A program made the translations under genes and the position numbers. The notes below the pieces were generated by a model. It saw only the letters and a list, made by a program, of their open reading frames with translations, searched no databases and had not been told where the DNA came from. A stretch of 64,000 bases of DNA from Eledone cirrhosa (taxonomy: Eukaryota). Shown one piece after another: positions 12,456-24,560 of the stretch (within the stretch, counting starts at the first letter, position 1; each line of letters starts with the position of its first letter). The stretch lies in the NCBI GenBank assembly GCA_964016885.1, contig OZ024743.1, positions 167,834,001-167,898,000 of the forward strand. Direction: 5' to 3'.

Positions 12456-15400
12456 CTATACAATCAACGCGAACAGTCGCATATTTTGGCGTGGGAGACT
12501 ATTTATTAAATTTAAGATGAATACTATCTCCGACAGTAATGCCACAACTACAGTCAGGTTGAATAACTGGTTATTCTTCTAACTATATCTTCTGAAGACC
12601 CTTTTTATTCGAATTTGTAGTGATATCCGACTAAATACATAATTCATTTTACAAGGATTTTGCTACAAACATGGCTGAACACAACATCAACAATAAAATT
12701 AAGTAAGTATCTTGCTGAACGTATTAAAACGACAATGTTTAATAAAAAACCAAATAATGAAATATTACGTGTTATTGACGAAATAGGGGATGAATATTTA
12801 CGACAGATAAAAACCCCAACATTTTGGCAAATCAACGCCTGTTTATATGCCTTAGCAACGACAGTGAAGCATTATCTTGGTGATAGCAGATATATTAACA
12901 AGAACACCATAAAAAATACCATCATATATAACTAAAATAGAAAAAAAAGATTGCTGAGCTACGAAAAATCATAGGATATATGACAATGCTCCTTACATGC
13001 AAACAAACACAAAAAAGCTCACTCCTCACCAACAAAGAGTGAAAAATAAAATAGAGATGATGTTTGGTAACAGTAGAACCAGAACTCTTCAATATAAGCT
13101 GATCACCCTCAAACAAGAATTGAGAGCTGCTAGCGAAAAACGCCGATACATGAAGAAGGTAGATGAGAGGAATGTGCTTAATAAAAGATTCAGGCGAAAC
13201 CAAACTTATGTCTATAGAGATATGAAGAACAAAATAATAAGTGTCACTGAGGCCCCATCCCAGAAAGACATAGATTCCTTTTGGAGCAAAATATGGGATG
13301 AAAAGAAGAATTTCAACCAAGATGCAATGTGGCTAAGAGAAATCCGAAAGAACTATTGCTCCTACACTACAACAAAAACATACGAAATAAGTGATGGTAC
13401 CCTTGAGACTGTGATAGGAAAACTCCAAGATAAGAAAACACCAGGAAGAGACATGATTGTCCGCTACTGGTACAAAAACTGATATTCTATCGGAGGTATC
13501 TTACTGACCTCTACCAACAAGTTCTTAAGCGAGATACACTTATACCAGAGTGGTTGACATTAGCACACACATTACTGGTCCCCAAGAACAAAGACACCCA
13601 CTTGGCAAAAAACTACCGACACATTGCATGCCAGAATCTGATGTATAAGATGTATACAGCCTACCTGAACCTCTTCCTTCAAGATCACTGTGAAAATAAT
13701 AACATCTTCACAGATGAACAAGCAGCTGGAAGGAAATGGGTTTGGGGACGTGCTGAACAACTCCTAATCAACAAAACTGCGATGTCAGAGGTGCGATAAC
13801 CTAGGAAGAATATGGCTACAGTCTGGCTGGACTACAGAAAAGCTTTCGATTCTGTTCCCCACTCTTGGGTGATAGAGGCCCTCCAACTTGCTAAAGTTCC
13901 AAACATTATTGTCAGAGCCATAGAGAGGCTGCCTTCTTCTTGGGCTACTATCCTAAGGTTAAAGACAGAGAGGGAGGACTCTATTTTCATTGATAAAATG
14001 AAATATTGCAGTGGTATATTTCAGGGAGACAGTCTCTCTGGGATATTATTCATCTTGTCATTAAACCCCTTGTCCTTTCTGCTCAAGAAATGTGAGGGAT
14101 ACATCATTGGCTCACAGGAGGACAGAAATACGAACCTAACCCATAATTTCTTTGTGGACGATCTGAAACTCTATGCCAAGAACATGGATGGGATGAAGGA
14201 AAATGTGGACCTGGTTACAACGTTCTCAAAGATATAGGAATGGAATTTGGCCAAGATAAATGCTCATACGTGACTGTAAAACGGGGAAAAACAACAACCC
14301 AATCTAGCAACATTGTCATCAATGGCCTAACTGTTTCACCAATATCTGATGAGGACTGCTACAGATACCTGGGGATAGATGAAAACATATCCTATAATGG
14401 TGTCTGTAATAAAGAAAGCGTAACCAGGGAATACTACACCCAATTAAGAAAGATCTGGTATTCGGAACTCTCTGCGCAAAACAAAACAGTGGCTCACAAT
14501 GTGTTTGCTTTGCCTGTCCTAACACTAACGTTTGGAATACTCACTTGGACGATAGACGAAATCTGAGCAGTTGATGTTGGAACTCGAAAAATACTAAACA
14601 ACACCGGAAACTTCCACATCAATAGTGACATAGACCGCCTTCACTTGAAACGTAAGCAGGGAGGCAGAAGCCTAACATCAGTCCAGACAACATTTGAATG
14701 TCGCATCATATCTTTCCGACAACATCTACGAACCTCGAAGCGTAGGAGCCCGTTTCTCGAGCAAGTCTATCTGCATGAAACAGATAAGATCATGAGAGTT
14801 GGGAAGGAACTCCTCGAGAGATATTCCCTGTGTGATAATCAAAAACTAACACCCAGGGAAGTCGCTCAACAGTATCGCAGTGAATCCATGGATGAAAAAC
14901 TGCATGCTTATCAGCAAAAAATCTGGTATGGATATGTTGCCGGGAAGCTTCAGAGTGAGAGTAATATAGATAAGGAAAGTAGTCTATCTTGGACTAACAA
15001 CCGCTATATTGGCTTCCACTTTGAAGGATACGCTTTTGCAATCCAAGAACAGGAGATTAACACGAAATACCTGATTCACAAAAGAGATAGGGATGCATGC
15101 AAAACACCCTAAATGGGATAACAAGTGCAGATTCTGCAGAACTAACATCGAGGATATCACCCATGTCATCAGCAGCTGTCCAAATATGTCATCGCGGTAA
15201 TATCTACCTATGAGGCATGATGTAGTGGCCAAAACACTGTTCAATGCAGTTCGTAAAAAAGATGGCTCCGATAATAAACACATTAAAAGCTACAGCAATG
15301 TGGAAGACATCCATGCACTTAATATGAAAGAATACTGGTGGAATGTTCCAGTAAAAACCCCAATAAAATACAGGCATAACAGGCCAGATATTATGATATG

Positions 15401-15945
15401 GGACAGGGAGAAGAAAGCTTGCACAGTAGTAGAAATTAGCTGCCCAGCAGATGCCAATATAATATCAAAGATTAGCGAAAAGGAGAATATTTATGCAGAA
15501 ATGATGACAAATCTGCAGATACTCCACCCTGATTACACCTTCAGATTTATGCCTGTAATTATTGGGGCACTGGGGTATGTTAGTAACTGCCTCAATACAA
15601 ATCTTGAGAAGCTAGGCTTCACAGGAACAGAAAGAACACAACTAGTTCGGAAATTACAAGTACAATCCATTAATGGAACAGTAAAAATATGTAAAACATT
15701 CCAAAAATTTTGCATCTAATAACTGCATATACACATGTACAGATGTAAAGCATATACACATGCACACATACAACTGAAAATATACACATCCACACATACA
15801 ATAACATCCATATCTACACATGCATGCATACATAATCTACCTAGTTGATGTTGTATAAATTCCAATGAGAGAGTCTTGTGTCTATGTTAGAATCCGACTC
15901 TCTCTTTATTGGGAAAATATTTGTGAAATTATAAACCCAGAAGAA
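12456..15945 (+). mobile_element. Decayed R4/Dong-type non-LTR retrotransposon (RT, CCHC, restriction-like endonuclease) flanked by (TACA)n
   Basis: Fragments read KNYRHIACQN, WLDYRKAFDSVPH, GIFQGDSLS, HNFFVDDLKLY, CRFC..HVISSC and HNRPDIMIWD..VEISCP. There are multiple stops and frameshifts; the ORF ends at 15719; CATA repeats lie on both sides. Confidence 0.9.
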
Positions 15946-16010
15946 CATACATACATACATACATACATACATACATACATACATACATACATACATACAT
16001 ACATACATAC

Positions 16011-16605
16011 ATGGTGGCTGCCAACTCGTTTTCGAGTACGGCCACTACTTTATATCCATGTAGGAGAACCCCTACCGATGCGCTGAACGAGTGTGGCTTT
16101 TTAGTCCAGCCAGTGACTTGAAAACTCTGGTACAGACACTACACTTGTGACAATTGTTGACACATAGTTACCATGTAACGAGAAGTTCAGAGAGATCTCC
16201 AGGTACAAAGCAATGCCTGTACCGTGAAGCTTTTATAGTGAGCAGAGGCACTGCACAAAGCCAGTCCCACTCTCTTAACCAAGATGATATTTACCAAAAG
16301 AATAACAAGTCAACATCATTGGATACTATCAGGGTTACAGGTGTTATATCAGAGTTTTCCTTCTCCTAGAATTCTGCCTTGACAAAGGCTAAGGGGTCAT
16401 CTCTCCCGGTGATTTTGGATGGCCATTGACTCTTAAGAGTTCCTTAGCCCTTTGACAGGTTTTGTTTTTAGTCCTGCAGTATGTCCAAAGTCACCCTCCT
16501 CACCAAGAAACCTTGGTGGGGTTGCCAGTTTAGTCGCCAACGACCTGACCATGAGACAGGTTGTACTGGGATACATGTTACCAGTAGCACCAAGTGGTGA
16601 CCTGA
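16011..16605 (-). mobile_element. ~600-bp non-autonomous element, probably derived from an RTE 5' region, embedded in (CATA)n
   Basis: A second copy is at 2425-2801. It contains tctaggagaaggaaaactctga-type sequence resembling RTE 5' leaders (recall, not searched) and has no ORF. Confidence 0.55.
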
Positions 16606-16920
16606 CATACATACATACATACATACATACATACATACATACATACATACATACATACATACATACATACATACACACATATATACACACACAGGCCGGC
16701 GTTGGTGTATGATGAGGTTGAAAAACTGTGGTAGTTAATCTCCCTAGGTAACAAAATCTGGAGGCAAAATTCTCCCCTTACCAAAAAACCCCCCACATAA
16801 ATCAAGTCACATATACACACACTTAAATATATATAAATATAAATGTATGCATATATACAAATATATAAATGTATAGTTATATACATACATATATGTATGT
16901 ACATATGTATGTATGTAGTT

Positions 16921-17006
<86 letters not shown>

Positions 17007-17016
<10 letters not shown>

Positions 17017-18123
17017 TAATTTGAACAACGTCAGTATTCCGTGTGTCATAATTCCCGATTATCATTGGTTCATAGGTTTCAAACGACTCCACCCACCTCA
17101 ACGACGCCAAATCTAAATTAATACGCATAATGAGGGAGTGAGAGGGGAGAGTGAGAAACAGAGAGGCAAAGTGTACGCTGTAACTATTACCATGTGTGCG
17201 TGTGTATGTACATGCGCTTATGTTTATGTGTGTGTGCGTTCGTGCAGCGTTCCACAGAAAGTAAAAACTATCAACATGTGTGAGTGTGTAAGTCTGTGTA
17301 AGTGCCCGAGTGCGCGTGTAAGTTTGCGTGCGTGTGCGCTTTTCCATGCTTGGATGTGTGAGTACGTGGGGCGTTTCACAATCGCCACGCAGTTTATCTG
17401 TCTGTGTGCCTATCTGTTAGTCTAACATACACAGAGTTCTGACGGGAGTAAATAGGGACATTTTTTTACATTGACGGACATCTTTTATATTTATTATTGT
17501 GCCATTTTTTGACAATTGCTCAAAATAAAAATAATTCGACTTTATCAAACAGTGAACTATAGCGGCGACGGCGTGCAGCCAGGAATGAAGAAAAACGGGC
17601 CGAACAGCGCCATCGGAACACCGAACTTCAAAGACGAAGACGTGCCGCCATGAATGAAGAAGAGCTGGCTGAACAACGCCGGCGAAACACTGGAGCCAAG
17701 CAGCGACGGCGTGCTGTGATGGTTGAAGACGAACTGGCTGAGCATCATCTTTTATATTAATTATCTATATCTATATCTACATATATTATAAAAGATTGTA
17801 ACTTCCATCTTCCTTTTGAGAAACGTGGAACAACAACGTCTATGCAATGATATACGTTTTACAGTCAGGCAGAAGATGAACCATCTACTAGAGGTCACTA
17901 TTCTAGGTGGGAGCACCTAGAATTGTTCATATACTATGCACAAACGGTACAACGAAGAATGTGGTATATCTGGAAGATTTTTTTTTACTGTTCTCTGTAT
18001 CACACAAACACCACGGACTCGCCTCATACTGTAAACAGACAAACATCCAATACAGTCATTTTCTCTTTTACCTGTCTTCTCTTATCATCTGTTTACCCGG
18101 GCGAAGCTGGGTACGTCATCTAG
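17007..18123 (+). mobile_element. Non-autonomous Helitron: internal-deletion derivative of the adjacent element
   Basis: 17015-17749 matches 18130-18844 and 17746-18123 matches 23889-24265. It ends in hairpin acccgg-gcgaag-ctgggt followed by CTAG. Confidence 0.88.
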
Positions 18124-18596
18124 TCTATATATTAATTTAAAGAACGTCAGTATTCCGTGTGTCATAATTCTCGATTATCATTGGTTCATAGGTTTCAAAC
18201 GACTCCGCCCACCTCAACGACACCAAACTGAAATTAATATGCATAATGCCAATGAGGGAGTGAGAGGGGAGAGTGTGAACGCTCTGTTAAATAACTATTA
18301 ATATTTGTGCGTGTGTATGTACGTGCGCGTATGTGTATATGTGTGTGTGTGCGTGCAGCGTTCCACAGAACGTAAAAACTATCAACATGTGTGAGTGTGT
18401 GCGTGTGTAGGTTTGCGTGCGTGTGCGCGTTTCCATGCGTGTATATGTGTGGCGTTCCACAATCGCCACGCAGTTTATCTGTCTGTGTGCCTGTCTGTAA
18501 GTCTAACATACACAGAGTTGTGAAGGGAGTAAATAGGGGCCTTTCTTTACATTGACGGACATCTTTTATATTTATTATTGAGTCATCTTTTGACAA

Positions 18597-21500
18597 TTGC
18601 TCGAAATGAATACTGATAACAAAAGCAATTCGACTTTATCAAACAGTGAACTACAGCGGCGACGGCGTGCAGCCAGCAATGAAGAAAAACGGGCCGAACA
18701 GCGCCATCGGAACGCCGAACTTCAGAGGCGAAGACGTGCGGCCATGAATGAAGAGGAGCTGGCTGAACAACGCCAACGAAACACTGGAGCCAAGCAACGA
18801 CGGCGTGCTGCGATGGTTGAAGACGAACTGGCTGAGCATCATCAGCAGATGGCCGGAATTCAGCAGCGACAGTGTGCTGCGATGGATGAAGAGGAGCTGG
18901 CCGAACAGCGCCAGCGCAATACAGAAGTTCAGAGAATGTGTTGCCAAAGTGCTCCTCATTCCAGTAAAGAGGCCAGAACCAATGATATTAAAAATGTATC
19001 ATGGCAACCGTGTCATTTTCAGATTGGTGGACGAGCAGAGTGTCCACATTGTGGAGCATTGCTTTGGAAGCACGAAAAGACGTGGACCACAATGTGCTGC
19101 CATAAAGGAGCAGTTTAACTAGAACCCTTGCAAATGCCGGATGATGAGGAGTCACCGGAGTTTAAAATACTAAGTATGTGGGGTGATCAAGGAGATCCGA
19201 GGTAGATTACTGCGCAAATATTCGCGGCAAATTAACAATTCATTAGCTTTAGCATCGCAGAGAGTTAGTGAGATGTTTGAGAGTGGAGCATGGCAACCGA
19301 ATGTAGTCATTCAAGGCCGTTTGTATCATTGTATCGGTAATTTAGAAGTTACTCCAGGAGAGAGGCCTCGATTCGCTCAAATTTACGTTAACGATCCAGA
19401 TTATAGTGAATTAGAGGAGGATATCAGGATCCGTTGGATGAAGTGGCCGGGAAATATAACTGAACTTGAACGGCAAAGGTTAAGTGATTTGATCCGTGAT
19501 TTGCAATCATGGCTTAGACAGTGTTATCCTTATGTTATGGATTTCATGTTGGTGGCTGAACTGCAAAATGTTCAGCAGCAAACATTGGTGATTAAGGCTG
19601 ACGCAGTGCCAAAGAATCAATACGAACGGCGATATAATGCCCCTGAAGGATTTCGTGAAGTTGCTGTGTTGATGGACGATAAGCCTGGATCGAGAGATAT
19701 CGTTCTCAATCGCAGAGATGGTGGTCTCAAGACAATCAATGAGTCAAATAGGGCATACGATCCATTGCATTATGTTCTTTTATTCCCAAAAGCTGAAAAT
19801 GGATGGAACCTGTCTGTTCATTTAGATGATCATGAGAATCAGCATCATGGGGAAGGTGGCAATAGACACAATAATTCGATTCGTGACTTTTACGAGTTCC
19901 ATTTGAACGAGAGGAATCAACAGAGAAATGCGCTATTTCAAGCCAGTAGATTGTTCCAGGAATACTGTTGTATGGCATTCGCAAAGATCGAAAATCAAAG
20001 GCTAAATTATATAGCTACACATCAGCAACATATCAGAGCTGAATTGTATAATAATATACAGGATGCGATAACGGCCGATGATGCCAATTACAAGGAAATT
20101 GGTCGACGCATCATTTTGCTATCGTCGTTCATTGGCGGCCCAAGATATATGAACATTCGCTATCAGGATTGTCAGAAAGTTTGGAAAGCTAGATTTGTTT
20201 ATTATTACTTGCAATCCTGAATGGACTGATATTAAGGATGCACTTTTGCCAGGACAACAGCCAAAGGACCGCCCTGATATTGTGGCAAGAGTATTCAAAG
20301 GATATCTGAAAAAGATAATGGATGATGTGGAAAAAGAGGGAGTCTTTGGATGTATAGTTGCTTTTACATGCGTAATTGAATTCCTAAACAGAGAGGATTG
20401 CCACATGCACATTTGCTGATCATTTTACATAGAGATTGCAAATTCAGATGTGCTGAGGATGTCGGCAGCTTTGTGTGTGCTGAACTGCCGGAGAATGAGG
20501 CACTACGCAACTTGGTGGCAAAGTTAATGGTGCACAACCAATGCGGAGTGGCAAATCGGAAAGCGCCTTGCATGAAAAATGGCCAATGCATTAAATAATT
20601 TCCGAAATCTTTTGTCACGAACACTTCCTGGAACCTACAGAAGACGGTCGCCTGCAGATGGCGGTTTGTTCAAAAATGTAAACGGTCGACAGGTTAGAAA
20701 TCAATGGGTTGTGCCATACAATCCATATTTGATTATGAAATATCGTTGTCATATTAATGTGGAAATTTGTAGCTCAGTGAAAGCTTGCAAATATCTATTC
20801 AAATATCTTTACAAAGGTCATGATCGGGCAATGATCAATGTCAGGAATGAGGAAGCGAACCAAGGAGATGAAGTTGGCAGGTTCCAGGATGTTCGCTCGA
20901 TTGGATCTAGCGATTTTGATCTCAATGAACGCAACCCAGCGTTCAGAAACTGACGGTTCACTTAGAGAATAGGCAAATGGTCTGTTTTCAGGACACTAGA
21001 AGAAGTGTCAAAAGAATTGCTAACGCACCCCCTCCTAAGACGGAATTGACTGAGTGGTTCAAGCATAATAGGGAACATGCTTTGAACCCGGATCAAAGGC
21101 AACTCTACTGCGATTTCCCTTCGCACTATACGTGGGATAAGAAGGGAAAGAAATGGAATGATAGAAAACAAAAGTTGAGATTCATGACTATTGGACGGGT
21201 TTGTAATGTCCATCCAGCATCGGGTGATGTGTTTTATCTCCGAATTTTGTTGCATAATGATTTTTCGAGAGGTAAACAGAGCTTCGCTGATTTGAAAACA
21301 ATCAATGGCGTGGAATATGAAACATACCAGGCTGTGTCAATATCTGGGACTCCTTCAGGATGACGCTGAATGGAATAACGCCATGGAAGCTGCAGGAACA
21401 ACACAGATGCCAGCTCAAATAAGGCAGTTGTTTGTCACGATTCTAGGATTCTGCAACCCTGCCGATCCAAGAGAGTTATTTGAACGCCATTGGGGAATCA

Positions 21501-23153
21501 TGGCTGATGATTTTAGGCATCATCTTCAGGTCGATGATGAAAATTTGATGAAAGCTATTGTTTTGCTCAATATTGAGAAATTGCTTGAAGTTCATTTCAA
21601 ATGTTTAACAGATTTCAATTTGCCAATTCCTGATGAAGAAATGCGGCAACGTGTCTTAGCATTGAACATGAGATTGCAGCTTAGACGGTTGCCACTCGAT
21701 CGGAGGGAACTATTCCAGTTTGTTTGATCCACTGGGACACCATATTGTGGATGAACGTATGCCAATGTTGACCCAATCTCAGAGAGAATTGGTCGATGGC
21801 GTTCTCCACGCGATTTCCACTAACGAGCAACTTTGTTCTTTTATAGATGCTCCAGGAGGCACCGGAAAGACATTCTGTTTCAACACTATGTTATCGGCAG
21901 TCAGAGCTCAGAGGAAGATTGCTCTCCCTGTGGAAACCAGTGGGATCGCTGCCACTTTGCTGAGTGGTGGAAGGACCTTCCACTCATGCTTCAAGGCTCC
22001 ATTGGCTCCGGATGGGTTGAGTGTCTGTAACATTACAGGACAAAGTGAACTTGCGGGCCTTATACGCAATACGTCTCTGATTATTTGGGACGAGGCTCCA
22101 ATGGCACACAGATATTTGCTGGAGGCATTGGACAGAACTTTGAGAGATATCTGCGGTAGTGACCTGCCATTCGGTGGTAAGACTATCGTTCTTGGTGGCG
22201 ATTTCAGACAGGTGCTACCAATTGTTAGGAATGCTCAAAGAGCGCAAATTGTCGATGCATGTCTGAAAAAGTCCCCGTTGTGGCGCCATTTCAGAGTTTT
22301 GCGATTACACGTTAATATGCGACTTCGTATGTTCGGGCAAAACGAAGAGGCTGAGACATACGGCCGATGGTTGATGCAGTTGGGAAACGATGAATTGCCA
22401 CACGTTGGTGATAATCAGATTGTAAGAATCCCAGACCATTTGGTCATGCCACTGAACCGCCAAGCATTGATTGACTGGGTGTTCCCTAATTTGAATGCTT
22501 TTTGGCAGAATATCTCCTGGATATCGGAACGCGTTATTCTAACTCATACGAATGCAACGGTCGATGAAATAAATTCACAAGTATCCGGAATGTTTCCTGG
22601 AGAATAATGGTTGACCGTCAGTGCGGATGCAATGGAGCCTAATCAGCAGAAAAATATGGATGTTCCGACTGAGTATCTGAATTCACTTTAAATACCCGGA
22701 TCCCCCCCCCCCCACACACATATTTTGAGGTTGAAAAAGGGTATGTCGATTATATTGCTTAGAAATATCAATCATAAAATGCGTCTTTGCAATGGTACCA
22801 GATTAATTGTTGAGAGATTGATTAACGGAAGAGTTTTAGAAGCTAAACTCCTAGGCAGAGAGGAATCGGTTCTCATTCCGAGGGTCATGCTGAGACCAAG
22901 TGAAGATCTGCTGCCATTAATTTGGCAAAGGAGACAGTTTCCCACCAATTTGGTCTTCTCCATGACTGTCAACAAGGCACAGGGACAGACTTTCAAGCGA
23001 GTCGGTGTCTACTTGAATGATCCAGCATTCAGCCATGGGCAACTGTATGTTGCTGCATCTCGAGTGTGCGATCCTGATGGTATAACATTTGCAATTGATA
23101 GCACTAACAGAGGAACAACCCTGAATATTGTCTATAATGAAGCTTTGAGCTGA
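18597..23153 (+). pseudogene. Helitron RepHel transposase (23-aa repeats, Zn finger, HUH Rep, PIF1 helicase), frameshifted
   Basis: CPHCGALLW..CC; Rep motifs FIITCNPEW, PHAHLLI and YLFKYLYKG; helicase motifs DAPGGTGKT, IWDEAPM, LGGDFRQVLP, LCNGTRL, TVNKAQGQT and FSHGQLYVAASR. The reading frame is split over about nine ORFs. Confidence 0.95.
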
Positions 23154-23164
23154 TGTATGCATAT

Positions 23165-23520
23165 CTTTAATGCTATCAATAAGCGACGTAAATGATTCGG
23201 ACATTGGTGTCCTTTGATCAGTATTGTGAGCTTTGACAGAGTTATCATTTATGTTCAATGTCATTTAATGTCGTTATGAGCAATAAAAACAAACAAGTAT
23301 TGGTAAAAATTGCTTTCACTGCTATGTTGCGCAATAAATACCAACAAGTATTGGTAGAAATTGGCTTCACTGCTATGAATATTCGACGTAAATGATTCAG
23401 ACATTGGTGTCCTTTGATCAGTATTGTGAGCTTTGACAGAGTTAGCATTTCTGTTCAATGTCATTTATTGTCGATAATGAGCAATAAAAACCAACAAGTA
23501 TTGGTAGAAATTGCCTTCAA
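23165..23520. repeat. Tandem duplications (~200-bp and ~54-bp units) in the Helitron 3' region
   Basis: cgacgtaaatgattc.gacattggtgtcctttgatcagtattgtgagc occurs at ~23184 and ~23384; gcaataaa..c.aacaagtattggta.aaatt occurs three times. Confidence 0.8.
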
Positions 23521-24560
23521 ATTTATAGCTTCTGATAGCGGTGGTAATAAAACCTCATCATATGCTGAGTCTGACAAAATGTTTGGTGCCTATGGCCGGC
23601 CAGGGCTAGAGTAATATTGAAAAACGATTCTATTTTCGAAGTAGAAGGATTCGCCATTTGGAGTTCAAACCAGGCCACCTCCCCGAGTTGAACTCTGGGC
23701 AATATTGACTGTCTATTACTCAGTGGCTAAGAGCCTGGAAATTACTGAATACATTTTTGTGTCATATAATTTGTTGTTTTATTATTATAGCTGACCTCTT
23801 ATAGATAAGCATGTTATCCATATCCATATTAGTTTGGCATTTATATAAACCATTTCATGTAAATAGAGACCTTTTTTACATTGACGAACATCTTTTATAT
23901 TAATTATCTATATCTATATCTACATATAATATAAAAGATTGGAACTTCCATCATCCTTTTGAGAAACGTGGAACAACAACGTCTATGCAATGATACACAT
24001 TTTACAGTCAGGCAGAAGTTGAACCACCTCCTAGAGGTCACTATTCTAGGTGGGAGCACCTAGAATTGTTCATATACTATGCACAAACGGTACAACGAAG
24101 AATCTGGTATATCTGGAAGATTCTTTTTACTGTTTTTTGTTTCACATAGACACCACGGACTCGCCTCATACTGTACCCATACAAACATCCAATACAGTCA
24201 TTTTCTCTTTTACCTGTCTTCTCTTATCATCTGTTTACCCGGGCGAAGCTGGGTACGTCAGCTAATATATATAATACATACATATATATATATATTTTTC
24301 CTTTTTCAGTGTGGTCTACCTTTGGTAGTAGAATCCGTACCGCAGATATAACTCAATGTAGACCAGTAAAATACATAGAGAAGTTCTGAGTTTCGCTGAG
24401 CTAATTTTATAGATACAGAATCAGATATTAGGTATTAAATTAACAATGAAAATAAAAACAACAAAATAAAAACAGCAAAGTTATAAAGTAACTTATCTTT
24501 GTTGTTCTTATTTTGATTGTTAATTTAATACCATATATATATATATATATATATATCTAT

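Larger units (their letters stand above)
18124..24265 (+). mobile_element. Full-length Helitron (rolling-circle transposon), decayed
   Basis: 5' TC at 18124, 3' hairpin at 24237-24254 followed by CTAA (from CTAG), and an internal RepHel coding region. Confidence 0.92.
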
